Position numbers and translations under genes: made by a program. A stretch of DNA of 62,998 bases, the filler included, from Octopus bimaculoides (Eukaryota), in the NCBI RefSeq assembly GCF_001194135.2. It is 5 parts of 5 records of this genome, joined end to end, with 100 filler letters (N's around TTAATTAATTAA, not from the genome) between each part and the next. Parts side by side here need not be neighbours in the genome. Positions count along the whole stretch, not along the records: positions 21,931 to 34,688 come from NC_069002.1; positions 34,789 to 50,194 come from NC_068986.1; 3 more parts are not named here. One strand, 5' to 3'. The notes below the pieces were generated by a model. That model searched no databases. It was not told the origin of the DNA and was given only the letters and a program-made list of their open reading frames with translations. Of this stretch, positions 25,926 to 39,159 are shown piece by piece; within the stretch, counting starts at the first letter, position 1, and each line of letters starts with the position of its first letter.

Positions 25926-26385
25926 TATATTGAAAAGAAAACCCATGTCCAACAAAATCGCGGCTACCACATTTCTCCAGGCTACACCAACCTCCATTCT
26001 TTTTCTGTACCGACTCTTTCGCTTCCTGATTTCATTTTCATAAATAATTCTTTTCTGTCTTAGAGACAGTCGCTTCCCGCGATGTCATTAATCGATTAGC
26101 TTTCCCCTAATCTCCAACCCTCACATACAGATAAACATCTAGGCTTAAACTTGACGCTGCCCCAGTTGTAACTAGGACAGTATCCACCCAGTTCCCACCC
26201 ACTCATTCGTGATGCGTTGTTTTCGCATTTTAATTTTTAGTACCCTAAAACATCTTCAAACTACAATCTACTGACATTGAAGATGTAAGATAAGCGTAAA
26301 AAAAGGAAGGGATGGTCACGGAAGGAACGCTTTTCATCATAGATCAGCAAATCAGGTCTGGATTGGGTTAAATAAAGCGACAACA

Positions 26386-26653
26386 CACTAGCGAAGCCGG
26401 AGCGGTAGGGGAGGGGTGATACTTTTAAAGGGGCGGTACTTTTTATCCTGTTGTAGGCTATAAGCCAGAATAGATTATATTGAATTAGTACGGTATGCGA
26501 TAATTCCCGATATTATATATATATATAAAATAAAAAAATACTGGAAATTCACGACTTTTGTGTCTGCTGTAGGCAATATGCGTTTTTTGTGGTGTCCGGG
26601 GGCAGAAAACGGAAGGGCCGCCCTGGGCGGCACACACTCTAGCTACGCTAGTG
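26386..26653. mobile_element. hAT-type MITE
   Basis: CACTAGCGAAGC ... GGCCGCCCTGGGCGGC ... GCTACGCTAGTG. 8-bp TSD CGACAACA (26378-85) and CGACAGCA (26654-61). Confidence 0.8.
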
Positions 26654-26883
26654 CGACAGCAGCCACTGAATTATAATATAGCAGAGAGGCGGGAAAGGTA
26701 TTATATTTACAACAGACTCCATTAGAAGGAGGCGGAGTTATAAAAACACAGGAAGCGGAAGAGTTTCTACACAACCATTTAAAGGTGGGTGTGTCAAAAA
26801 ATGTTGTCGGAATTAAACTTTCGAAGATGAGCCACGAGGGAAAAAGGTTAATTGTTTTCCTCAAATGTCATTAAGTCTCCGAC

Positions 26884-27365
26884 AAGGGAAGGTTCTACTT
26901 AGTTGCTCGACCTGCTAGAAATAGTAGTTAATTTTTTTTCTCAAATCACACTTAGTCTTCAATGAGGAAATGTTCTGTTTAGTTGCTTGATCTGCTAGAA
27001 ATAGCAGTTAACTCTTTCTCAAATCACACTTTTTCGACAAATGGGGGAAGGTTCCCCTCAGTTGCTTGACCTGCTAGAAATAACAGGTAACTCTTTCTCA
27101 AATCACACTAATTCTTCAAATGAGGGAAGGTTCCCCTCATTTGCTCGACCTGCTAGAAATAACAGTTAATTCTTTCTGAAATCACACTAATTCTTCAAAT
27201 GGGGGAAGGTTCCCCTCAGTTGCTTGACCTTCTAGGAATAGCAGTTAATTCTTTCTCAAATCACACTAATTCTTCAAATGGGGGAAGATTCCCCTCAGTT
27301 GCTCGACCTGCTAGAAATAACAGTTAATTCTTCCTCGAATCACACTGTGTCTTCTAAAGGGAAGG
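26884..27365. repeat. 79-bp minisatellite, about 6 units
   Basis: The GAAG anchor recurs at 27047, 27126, 27205 and 27284. Unit is about GGGAAGGTTCCCCTCAGTTGCTCGACCTGCTAGAAATAGCAGTTAATTCTTTCTCAAATCACACTAATTCTTCAAATG. Confidence 0.9.
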
Positions 27366-29039
27366 AACCATTGAATAAATGTAATTCCTGATATCGTTGG
27401 AAATACGGTTACGGCTTTGATCAAGTGTGTGTGTACTCGGTCAGAGTAGACCTGGGGCTAAACAGCATAAATCACTGAAAATGTTGGATAGTGAGTGAGA
27501 TAGACAGACAGATGGACAGACAGAGTGAGGAGAGAGAGAAAGGGATGAGGAGGAAGAGGAGGAAGAGAGAATATCTAGGAAGTAGCTTGCATAACATGAA
27601 ATATTTATATATGAAGAGAGTATCTATAAAATATTCGTTATTGGCAGATGTGAGTAAATAATTTCCTTACAGAAACGTGAGAAAAACGGAGTAAATTTCT
27701 AGAATATTATCAATTAACATAAGAGTTAGGAGAGAGGGCGTGTCTGTATTAAGAAATTTGTGAGTTAGGGGAGGAATCTTTAAAACATAATGTAAGAGGT
27801 TTGATTCGGAAATGGGTGAGGGAAATGGTAAATAATGCCAAAATAATCAAAAGAGAGAATGTATAACATTGTGTAAATATTATAGGAGTTAGAGGAGGAA
27901 GTACCAGTGAAACACTGGTGTCGATATAATCGACTCAGGCGTTGTGCCTTTAGTAGAAAGGACTATTATTGTTATTTTTTGGTGGGGGCGAGATTTTTTT
28001 TTTTTTTACGGCAAATTTTCCCACGGCAAAAATATTGACAATGGAATTTCCTAAAACCATTTACGATAATTATTAGAAAAGAGAACGTCTCTTTCACATC
28101 GTTTGGATGATATATAACAATGTTTATAAGAGTTAGAAACAGTCGGGAGAGGATAGGATCGCTTGAGTTTTAGCAACAGTTAATGGAGTGTCTGGTAGCA
28201 GTTTGAACTGAACCGATCATTATGGAACTGTGTTGACAATAGAGGGCAGTTAGTGATAACATTAAAACATCAAAAATCTAATTAGAAACATTTGTGTAGT
28301 GAAGAAAGAACAAAATTATTTCGGAAGTACGAGTGACAACTATGGATATGTTTAGATCTTATTAGACCTCTTCAGCGAAATATAAACTTCACCACAATCA
28401 TTGAAGCTGTGTTGGGTGAATCACTAAATGTAAAAGAATGTATATATAGAAGTGGAGTATACCAGAGTTATCTAGAGAATAAATCTATATTTTTGGAAGT
28501 CAGAATTTATACTAAACAGATTGAGTGAAATATCAAAAAGCTAAAGAAAAAATAGTTGTAATTAAACTTAATAGTTAGGGACAAGTGTTTCTAATAAATT
28601 GAATCATACTTAATACTTGTTTATAATTCTTTGAATTAAATTTAACAGCGACGGGATGGTGGGGTTTCTTTCTAAATGGATTTGTCTACGAAGAAGGAAG
28701 GGCATCCACGAATATTTTCGGTGTCTCCGAAAATAAGAGAAGGGCGGAGTGAAATTCACTAGAGAGCAGAGGGTTGGTTCGAGTGGTTACAAAAGAGTGT
28801 GTACTTCGCTAAAGACATCCAGGGTCCCGGATGGATGGCAGTGGTGGTGGTGGGGCGGTGCTAAACCAAATGGAAGATTAGTGTTTATTACAGTTTTAAT
28901 TAAGTATAATGGTTAGGGCTAGGATATTGACACCAGATGGGAGATATTTAACAGATGAGAGTGGGAGCAGGGGTAGGGAGGTCGGCTGTGTTAATAAATA
29001 TTTTAAACGACCAAATATTATTTCTGTCGTGGGTTGTGT

Positions 29040-29240
29040 TATGGCTGACAGAATCGTTAGCGCGTCGGACAAAATGTTCAGCAGTATTTCTTTACGCTCT
29101 GAATTCAAATTCCGCCATGGTCGACTTTGTTTTTTTATCTTTTCAGAGTCGATAAAAAAGTACCAGTAGAACACTGGGGTCTGTCTAATCGCCTTCCTCT
29201 TACTTCTAAATTGCTGGTCTTGTGTCAAAATTTCAAACCA
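29040..29240 (+). mobile_element. SINE family A (diverged)
   Basis: TGGCTGACAGAATCGTTAGC...GAATTCAAATTCCGCCATGGTCGACTTTG. Confidence 0.8.
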
Positions 29241-30093
29241 ACATTTATACCACGAGAAAGAGGACAAATGTAATGTTTTGGACACTCCTTCTCCTCCTCA
29301 TTCTTCTTCCGAGAGAGTGTGAGAGATAAAGCTCTTCTCACTCGACCACAAAACTGCAAACGCCTAACAACATCGTTCGTTCCCCACCTCCGCCCTGATT
29401 CAACTGTTTTACTCTTTAGTAATAAATATGTCTGCACAGTTCATATATCCAAATGTAGTTAGGCTCCTTGCTGTGAAATTAGATCCAGCTTTTCTGAATT
29501 TATTTCGCCAGACTGGAATGAGAATCAAACCGATTAGTTTCGTTGTCTTTACGGTTCATCAGGATTCGCCTTACCACGCCTCCTCCTCCTCCTCCTCCNN
29601 NNNNNNNNNNNNNNNNNNNNNNNNNNNNNNNNNNNNNNNNNNNNNNNNNNNNNNNNNNNNNNNNNNNNNNNNNNNNNNNNNNNNNNNNNNNNNNNNNNNN
29701 NNNNNNNNNNNNNNNNNNNNNNNNNNNNNNNNNNNNNNNNNNNNNNNNNNNNNNNNNNNNNNNNNNNNNNNNNNNNNNNNNNNNNNNNNNNNNNNNNNNN
29801 NNNNNNNNNNNNNNNNNNNNNNNNNNNNNNNNNNNNNNNNNNNNNNNNNNNNNNNNNNNNNNNNNNNNNNNNNNNNNNNNNNNNNNNNNNNNNNNNNNNN
29901 NNNNNNNNNNNNNNNNNNNNNNNNNNNNNNNNNNNNNNNNNNNNNNNNNNNNNNNNNNNNNNNNNNNNNNNNNNNNNNNNNNNNNNNNNNNNNNNNNNNN
30001 NNNNNNNNNNNNNNNNNATGATGAATCCCTCTGAAGCACTAAAGAAATTGCTTCTATCCAAATCCTCCTAACCACCTTCTTTTCCTTTTTATA

Positions 30094-31009
30094 CAGGGTG
30101 GGTGGAAAGCAACTAGGCATTAGAAATTGCTTACAGGATTTTTAGTGTCACTGAAGTCATGACAAAAACATTTTTTAAACAGGCAACACTAATGTGGATA
30201 TTTTTAATTTTCTTATTGCCTTATTTCCTAATTCTTATTTTCCAGACGGTCGGTCGCTTGACTGTGCAGGAGCGAGCTAAGATGGCAGCACGCTATGAAG
30301 TGTGGAAGTCCATTGTTCTGGTTCAGAGATGGTGGCGTGCTTGGGAAGATAAGCATGCAACATTACGTCTGGAGACAATAAAACGTTGTCATGCAAAGCT
30401 GATGACCACAGGCTCTGTGGACGATACAAGTAGAAATAGCCGTCCAACCACATCCTGATCAGTGGAGAACGTGGCAACAGGGCAGGAAATGTTTAATCGC
30501 AGCCCGCAAAAATCAACACGTCAAGCAGCTCACGAAAGTGGACCAATATGACACACAATACGTAGGGTGTTGCATAACGAATTGAATTTTCATCCGTGGA
30601 AACCCCATTACTTGCAGGAGCTAAAACTTGAAGACTGTAACCGCAGAAGTCCAGAAATCTAGAAATCCAGAACTCCAAGAAGTCCAGATCTTACTCCATG
30701 TCATTTTTTTTTACCTGTGGGGGTTACACAAAAGAGATGTACAAAACGTCGCACACTGGAGGACTTGGAGATACGGGTTCAGGAGGTTCTCAATGATATC
30801 CCAGACGACGTCATTCAGAAGGTTGTTCATTTTATCCCTGGACATTTGAGGAAACTGGTTGACGCCACCGGTGCTTAGGTTGAAATATGAAGATTTATTT
30901 TCAATTTCCCATGTAATAAAGAACATATATCATTTGTTCCAATAATTTTGTAAAAGGAATCTGGATTTTATCACCAAATCTTTAATGCCTATTTACTTTT
31001 CACCCACCC

Positions 31010-31011
<2 letters not shown>
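30094..31011 (+). mobile_element. Internally deleted Tc1/mariner DNA transposon (Tc3/DD41D-like) with pseudogenised transposase
   Basis: TA|CAGGGTGGGTGGAAAGCAACTAGGCATTA ... TAATGCCTATTTACTTTTCACCCACCCTG|TA. N-terminal RLTVQERAKMAARYEVWKSIVLVQRWWR...SPQKSTRQAA...LNFHPWKPHYLQEL is fused almost directly to C-terminal SPDLTPC.FF...RTLEDLEIRVQEVLNDIP...VDATGA. Confidence 0.9.
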
Positions 31012-31082
<71 letters not shown>

Positions 31083-31085
31083 ATA

Positions 31086-31119
<34 letters not shown>

Positions 31120-31329
31120 CAAACACACACACACACATATGTATTCAAACGCACACACACATATATAGAGGCAATTATGCGGATGAAGAAACTACATATA
31201 TTTAATATAACAGCTTGGGTATGAAATACAAAATATGTATGTATGTATACATGCAAAACGAGAGGAAACAAAGAGCGGAGACTTTCAGACGATGAATATT
31301 TGATTATAAACATATAGACATCTATATTA

Positions 31330-31750
31330 AACTAGTGGGACCCGTTAATATTTCACGGAATTAATGGTAAACCTATCGGGTTATTTCTGAAAACTTTATC
31401 CCAAAAACCTGAAAGCGTAGTCTGTGTTGTGTCTGTATGGAAAGACAGTCACTCATCTGCTATTCATTGAAAAGTGAAAGAAATTGGAATACGATGATTA
31501 CTTAATGCACTTTGTATATACACCTTATATACTTTATGCACAATTTTATAGACTTAATACACAGCAGTCATAAAATAAATATTCACTCTTATTTTTCCAT
31601 TTTTCCCATGAACAAAAAAAGAAAATATCCCGTACATATGATACAACCTTTAGTGAGATTTGAAACTGCATATATCTGCTACGTAAATAAGCGCGAATAT
31701 TTCACGGAATTGCATTTATGCGCATGCATTAAGTGAGAGGTGATATAAAG
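31330..31750. mobile_element. Possible non-autonomous Helitron/Helentron-like element
   Basis: Begins AACTAG..GACCCGT with a short hairpin CCGT-N9-ACGG. The motif AATATTT(T)CACGGAATT recurs at about 31345 and 31696. No TSD seen. Confidence 0.3.
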
Positions 31751-31899
31751 AAAAAAAATTTAGTTCAATTTTGAAAAATACTCTTTTCACTATCCAACCA
31801 CCACCACCATTTCCACTATTGGGACTACTGAATGACATAGAGAAGAGAGAACATCTAAACAAAGCTAAACGATTCAGTACAAAAGTTAGAGGAGGGAAT

Positions 31900-32520
31900 A
31901 TTTCCTCGAGAAATTAGAAATGTCTTTGTATCGTTTTGCTGTTGAGAGAAAATGGATTGCCATGTCTTCATTGGATGGTACTTTCTCTGTCTTTGGAGGC
32001 GGTGTAGGTTTGATGCATCGTGTCGAAGTTGCTTGTGGATGATATCTGTATTCAAAAGGCAAACGAAGAACGAAGAACGAAGAACGAAGAACGAAGAGTG
32101 TTATCGTCTAGGTATGAGTGAGTGTTGTCAGAGGTGGTAGCCAACAAGTCTTTGCTAGAAAGTGCAGTAAGCAGGTCGCTAGTGTAGAGAAAAAATAGTA
32201 AAGGTCATAATCGAATATTTGAGGTTCATCAGATTTAATGATGTCCGGAAGATGCACTGCGATCTGATAGTAAACTTCCAGCCCGAGGAATGAAAGATAG
32301 TTGCAGTTCATATTCGTACAATTGAAGAGATTCTTAAGCGACACGGTCAAAGAAAAAAGTGCAACGAGATTGCTTTCATTGAATGACTGACTTCTCAAGG
32401 GTATGAATCAATAGGGAATGATATAAAAGAGCCTGTGACCGGAAGCTCTGACCCTGCAAAACCTGTCCTAGGAATAAGTGAAAAGAGAAAAAGTGATGCT
32501 AATGTTGTTGGGAAAGGTGA
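31900..32520 (-). pseudogene. Degenerate CR1/L2-like LINE reverse transcriptase fragment
   Basis: Minus frames give VAL...FDRV...SLLSDRS...PLLFFLYTSDLL, matching ALDxxKAFDRVWH...SFLSDRS...PxLFLLFINDLL, with stops and frameshifts. Confidence 0.6.
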
Positions 32521-33226
32521 GTGTCTTCACCAAATTTTGAGATGTTGGAAATGAGACCGATATATATATATATATATANNNNNNNNNNNNNNNNNNNNNN
32601 NNNNNNNNNNNNNNNNNNNNNNNNNNNNNNNNNNNNNNNNNNNNNNNNNNNNNNNNNNNNNNNNNNNNNNNNNNNNNNNNNNNNNNNNNNNNNNNNNNNN
32701 NNNNNNNNNNNNNNNNNNNNNNNNNNNNNNNNNNNNNNNNNNNNNNNNNNNNNNNNNNNNNNNNNNNNNNNNNNNNNNNNNNNNNNNNNNNNNNNNNNNN
32801 NNNNNNNNNNNNNNNNNNNNNNNNNNNNNNNNNNNNNNNNNNNNNNNNNNNNNNNNNNNNNNNNNNNNNNNNNNNNNNNNNNNNNNNNNNNNNNNNNNNN
32901 NNNNNNNNNNNNNNNNNNNNNNNNNNNNNNNNNNNNNNNNNNNNNNNNNNNNNNNNNNNNNNNNNNNNNNNNNNNNNNNNNNNNNNNNNNNNNNNNNNNN
33001 NNNNNNNNNNNNNNNNNNNNNNAAGTATAAGGAATCGGTTTTGTGGTTCTGTAACCAATGTTCTCTTTTTTGAATCGTTGCCCGATTCGCTAGTTTTGTG
33101 TGTCTGAGGTTTATTATTTATTTTGTTTTCGAGAGTCGTCGTCAGGAAATGAACGGTGAACATTCGTGGAGCCAGGTATTGAGATTAGGATGATTGACAT
33201 GTTTGGAATGGAATTGCATTGAGCCA

Positions 33227-33278
<52 letters not shown>

Positions 33279-33837
33279 TCTTTCAAACATACATATACAC
33301 TCGAACACACGTGTTCACTCCCTCAAACATAGTATACACAGCCCTCTAACGCTCTTAAACACGCGCGCACGCACCGATTAAGCACAAATCTTGGTTACAA
33401 TTCTATTGCAATAAATATTTGAGAACGGTTTTTGCTTGAATCAACGCGACTTGGCTGACAAATCGTGAGTAGCTAAGACGGAGGGTGTCAATTAACTCTT
33501 GATGGCTGAACCAATGAAGCAGTTTCTAAATGGTAAGGTGATCTGCTGAAGATACCAGTGAAATCCCCCTCAAATCACACATTTGCGTCATTGAAATGCT
33601 ACCATTTCTGAAGCTTTAAGGGCATGGAAAGTGCCTTATAGACGGAAGCAGTTGTGATTCCTTAGTCCTTCATGGCTGGGTCATCACTTGAGGTGCCAAA
33701 TGGGGTTCAATTCATTGAAGTCTTCATTGATCACAAATAGATGACCAAAATGAATATAGGTTTTATTCTTTCTTTCTTTTTTATTAATTGATTGGAATGT
33801 TCAAAGTTCACCGTGCTTCTGTCGGACGAATCACGTA

Positions 33838-34168
33838 CATCCATTCATACATACATACATACATACATCCATACATCCATACATGCATACATCCATACGT
33901 CCATACATACATACATACATACATACATACTTACATACATACATCCATTCATACATACATACATACATACATACATCCATTCATACATACATCCATTCAT
34001 ACATACATATATACATACATACATGCATGCATGCATGCATGCATACATACATACATACATACATACATACATACATACATACATCCATTCATACTTACAT
34101 ACATACATACATACATACATACACACATACATACATACATACATACATACATACACACACACATACAT

Positions 34169-34199
<31 letters not shown>

Positions 34200-34312
34200 T
34201 ACATACATACATACATACATACTTACATACATACACACATACATACATACATACATACACACATACATACATACATACATACATACATACATACATACAT
34301 ACATACATACAT
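33838..34312. repeat. (CATA)n tetranucleotide microsatellite
   Basis: Read directly. Source of the HTYI/MYVC ORFs. Confidence 0.95.
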
Positions 34313-35272
34313 AACCCCATACTAGAATACTACCTTGATTGATTTTACTCGATCATATCGATCCGTTCTTTTTTTTTTTTCATTTAATCTGTCCGATATA
34401 TATATAATCAATTCCCTCTATTTTGTATACTGTTTTTACTTTGGCTTATGAATCATATCCGATCGTGTGTGCATATGTGTGCGTGTGTGTGAGTGTGTGT
34501 GTGTGTGTGTGTGCGTGCGTGTAGGTGTGCGTGTGTGTGCCCGTGTGTGTGTGTGTGTGCGTATGTGTCTGTTTGCGCGTGTGCACGTATGTGTGCGTGT
34601 GTGTGTGCGTATGTATGCATGTGTGTGTGCGTGTGTGTGCGTGCGTGTGTGTGCGTGTGCTTGTATGTGCGTATGCGCGTGTATATGTNNNNNNNNNNNN
34701 NNNNNNNNNNNNNNNNNNNNNNNNNNNNNNNNTTAATTAATTAANNNNNNNNNNNNNNNNNNNNNNNNNNNNNNNNNNNNNNNNNNNNTATATATATATA
34801 AATATATATATATATGCACTCATATGTATCTATCGTAAGTGGGAGATTGCTAGAGGGCGAGCGGGCAGTAGAAGAAATCTTCAGATGAAGAACTTTTGTC
34901 CAATACGTGTTTCGGCCGGTTCTTTCCTGACACTGTAAAAGAGCCGAGCCCACTTACGCCATGGCATCTAGGTATCCTTCTGCTGTTCATTAACAGCCTC
35001 CTTCAATGGAGATTGAACTCGCAACCTTTCGATTACCTTATTGCTCGGCCACAAAACCTACACACGATCTGACACCGTTTTAAACTGGGTCATCTTTCCC
35101 CTATCTTTAGTCACTTCCCATATTCCTTTTCTGTTCCATCCATCATTTATAGACATATTTCAGCATAAAAGACACAATGATAGGTATAGGAGCCATTTTT
35201 CTGATTGTATCCTTTTATACACACATGCAAAATATATCTATGGAATATACAATGTACGTTGTATATCTATAT

Positions 35273-35657
35273 TGTTGCTGGCACTCCGACCGTTACGACG
35301 ACGTAGGTTCCAGTTGATCCGATCAACGGAACAGCCTGCTCGTGAAATTAACGTGCAAGTGGCTGAGCACTCCACAGACACGTGTTCCCTTAACGTAGTT
35401 CTCGGGGATATTCTGCGTGACACAGGGTGAGAAGGCTGACCCTTTGAATTACAGGCACAACAGAAACAGGAAGTAAGAGTGACACAAAGTTGTGGTGAAA
35501 GAGTACAGCAGGGTTCGCCACCATTCCCTGCCGGAGGCTCGTGCAGCTTTAGGTGTTTTCGCTCGATAAACATTCACAACGCCCGGTCTGGGAATCGAAA
35601 CCGAGATCCTATGACCGTGAGTCCGCTGCACAAACCACAAGGCCATTGCGCCTCCAC
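35273..35657 (-). mobile_element. SINE family C, full length with TSD
   Basis: Minus head TGGAGGCGCAATGGCC...GGTTTCGATTCCCAGACCGGGCG, (AAC)-type tail, TSD GTATATCTATAT. Confidence 0.9.
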
Positions 35658-36139
35658 GTATATCTATATACATAAACACTAATTAGTATGTTATAGAGTT
35701 CTGTTTCTGCTTCTTTATATAAACCTGTACATGAGTGAGCACGTGTGTATAAAACTCATGCGATATCACTGCATGTGATACGTCAACGTTCAGTGATAAC
35801 ATATGAACTTACAAACACACTCATACACACACATGCATATACACGCGTGTTTACGTACCTATACACAAACATGCACAAGCTCATGTATACACAGCCTCCC
35901 AAACGCAAGCACAGTACTATACACGAACACACACGCACATCCACGTGCATTTCTTATTGCCGCATGCTCTATGGCACGACCGCAAAGTCACATTTGCATA
36001 CTCCTACGCACACATAAACAACGTGCATTGTCTCACACAAATACGCCTTCATAAAAACTTGACACACACGCACACGCACATACACACACACAGAGGCGTG
36101 CTGGGAAGCACACACAGACACACAGAGGCGAGTTGAGAA

Positions 36140-36183
<44 letters not shown>

Positions 36184-37344
36184 GTAAACCCACATAAGCA
36201 CTCACATGCACATGTACATACATACGCAAGCCTCAAATCATATGCATAGACCTACATACGTACACACACTCATTTACACCTGCACAGGTACACACACTCT
36301 TATACAGTTATGCATATTGCCACAGGGTCTACATCTCAACTATACACCTACACACGCATACAGCTACACACACAACCACACATACATGTATATACTCAAA
36401 CACACACATGTATACGCCTACATACATATATACATATTATACACTACCACATACTCTGCTCTTCACACCCACATCGCCACACTCACGATCACACACACAT
36501 CATCATAACCATACACAGTTACACACAACCAGGCATACAGGCACAAACACATGGAACCATATACACACATNNNNNNNNNNNNNNNNNNNNNNNNNNNNNN
36601 NNNNNNNNNNNNNNNNNNNNNNNNNNNNNNNNNNNNNNNNNNNNNNNNNNNNNNNNNNNNNNNNNNNNNNNNNNNNNNNNNNNNNNNNNNNNNNNNNNNN
36701 NNNNNNNNNNNNNNNNNNNNNNNNNNNNNNNNNNNNNNNNNNNNNNNNNNNNNNNNNNNNNNNNNNNNNNNNNNNNNNNNNNNNNNNNNNNNNNNNNNNN
36801 NNNNNNNNNNNNNNNNNNNNNNNNNNNNNNNNNNNNNNNNNNNNNNNNNNNNNNNNNNNNNNNNNNNNNNNNNNNNNNNNNNNNNNNNNNNNNNNNNNNN
36901 NNNNNNNNNNNNNNNNNNNNNNNNNNNNNNNNNNNNNNNNNNNNNNNNNNNNNNNNNNNNNNNNNNNNNNNNNNNNNNNNNNNNNNNNNNNNNNNNNNNN
37001 NNNNNNNNNNNNNNNNNNNNNNNNNNNNNNNNNNNNNNNNNNNNNNNNNNNNNNNNNNNNNNNNNNNNNNNNNNNNNNNNNNNNGTATGGCCACAAACAG
37101 AATCATATGTAGAGCCGTAATTATATATACACCTACACATACAACTACACGCACCCATCCATAGATAAAGCTAGCGCATACACGTAACTAGATACACATA
37201 CATAACAATAGGCACACATATACTCACATAATTATATAATTAAACACACACACACACACACGCTCACACACATCGCCACATGCAACTACATACCCAAGAT
37301 AACCACACACATAAATACAACCAACCACAAACAGAAACACACAC

Positions 37345-37887
37345 ACGTGGCTGTGTGGTAAGAAGCTTGCTCCCCCGACAACATGGCTCCAGGTTCAGAT
37401 CCACTGCGTGGCACCTTTCTAGTCTAGCGTCGGGGCGACGAAAGCTTTCTGAGTGGATTTGGTAGACGGAAAGTCAAAGAAGCCTCCGCAGGAGTGTCTG
37501 TGTGGTAAGTAGCTTGCTTTCGAAACACATGGTTCCGGGTTCAGTCCAATTGCGTGGCAACTTGGGCAAGTGTCTCCTAATATAACCTCAGGCCGACCAA
37601 AACCTTTTGAGTGGATTTGGTAGATGGAAACTGAAAGAAGCCCGTCGTATATGCGTGTGTGTGTGTGTGTGTGTGTGTGTGCGTTTTTTGTGAATGTGCG
37701 TCTGTATGTTTGTGTGTCTGTGTTTGCTTGACAACTGATGCTGGTGTGTTTACGTCCCTGTAAATTAGCAGTTCGGCAAAAGACACCGATAGCCTCGTGG
37801 AGCTTTAGGCGTTTTTGCTCAATAAACCGGGCTTACAAAGAATAAGTCCAGGGGTTGATTTATCCAACTAAAAGGCGGTGCCCCAGT
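37345..37887 (+). mobile_element. Family B SINE head fragment followed by a longer family B copy
   Basis: Heads at about 37345 and 37483. The second copy extends to GGCGGTGCCCCAG at the gap. Confidence 0.8.
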
Positions 37888-38486
37888 NNNNNNNNNNNNN
37901 NNNNNNNNNNNNNNNNNNNNNNNNNNNNNNNNNNNNNNNNNNNNNNNNNNNNNNNNNNNNNNNNNNNNNNNNNNNNNNNNNNNNNNNNNNNNNNNNNNNN
38001 NNNNNNNNNNNNNNNNNNNNNNNNNNNNNNNNNNNNNNNNNNNNNNNNNNNNNNNNNNNNNNNNNNNNNNNNNNNNNNNNNNNNNNNNNNNNNNNNNNNN
38101 NNNNNNNNNNNNNNNNNNNNNNNNNNNNNNNNNNNNNNNNNNNNNNNNNNNNNNNNNNNNNNNNNNNNNNNNNNNNNNNNNNNNNNNNNNNNNNNNNNNN
38201 NNNNNNNNNNNNNNNNNNNNNNNNNNNNNNNNNNNNNNNNNNNNNNNNNNNNNNNNNNNNNNNNNNNNNNNNNNNNNNNNNNNNNNNNNNNNNNNNNNNN
38301 NNNNNNNNNNNNNNNNNNNNNNNNNNNNNNNNNNNNNNNNNNNNNNNNNNNNNNNNNNNNNNNNNNNNNNNNNNNNNNNNNNNNNNNNNNNNNNNNNNNN
38401 NNNNNNNNNNNNNNNNNNNNNNNNNNNNNNNNNNNNNNNNNNNNNNNNNNNNNNNNNNNNNNNNNNNNNNNNNNNNNNNNNNNNNN

Positions 38487-38534
<48 letters not shown>

Positions 38535-38811
38535 GGAGCACTCCGTCGCTTACGACGACGGGGGTCCCAGCTGATACGATCAACGGAACGGCTTGCTCGT
38601 GAAATTAAAGTGCAAGTGGTTGTAGAACTGTGTTACGCAGTAGAACTGAATGCAGGTGTCTGAGGTTGGGAAACAAATTTCTTAACTACAACACCCACGG
38701 CTTACACACCAATAAATAACTACACGCGAGTTCGAACCTGTCTATAGACGTATACAACACCCTCTCAGAAACCCCACTTCATTAGCCACCATTCATCTTG
38801 CACGTATATAT

Positions 38812-39159
38812 TGTTGTTGGCACTCCGTCGCTTACAACGACGAGGGTTCCAGTTGATCCGAACAACGGAACAGCCTGCTCGTGAAATTAACGTGCAAGTG
38901 GCTGAGCACTCCACAGACACGTGTACCCTTAACGCAGTTCTCGGGGACATTCATCGTGACACAGAGCGTGACAAGGCCGGCCCTTCGAACTACAGGCACA
39001 ACAGAAACAGGAAGTAAGAGTGAGAGAAAGTTGTGGAGCCTCGTGGGGTTTTAGGTGTTTTCGCTCAATAAACACTCACAACGCCCGGTCTGGGAATCGA
39101 AACCGCGATCCTATGACCGCGAGTCCGCTGCCCTAACCCCTGGGCCATTGCGCCTCCAC
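38812..39159 (-). mobile_element. SINE family C, full length with TSD
   Basis: TSD GCACGTATATAT at 38800-38811 and 39160-39171. A partial 3' copy lies at about 38530-38625. Confidence 0.9.

Noticed and set aside
26884-27365. Regularly spaced repeats resembling a CRISPR array
   Set aside because: The units are contiguous 79-bp tandem copies without unique spacers, in a eukaryotic intron with no cas genes.
33788-34342. HTYI/MYVC-repeat, poly-I/M/D/H/S and poly-T ORFs throughout the window
   Set aside because: They are translations of (CATA)n, (CAT)n, (TA)n, (TG)n and the 14-bp minisatellite, with no domain or splice support.
34865-34950. CGAAACACGT motif suggestive of a hammerhead (also CTGACGA...CGAAA at 33123-33145)
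   Set aside because: The first lacks an upstream CUGANGA box; the second lacks a pairing stem II and cleavage triplet.
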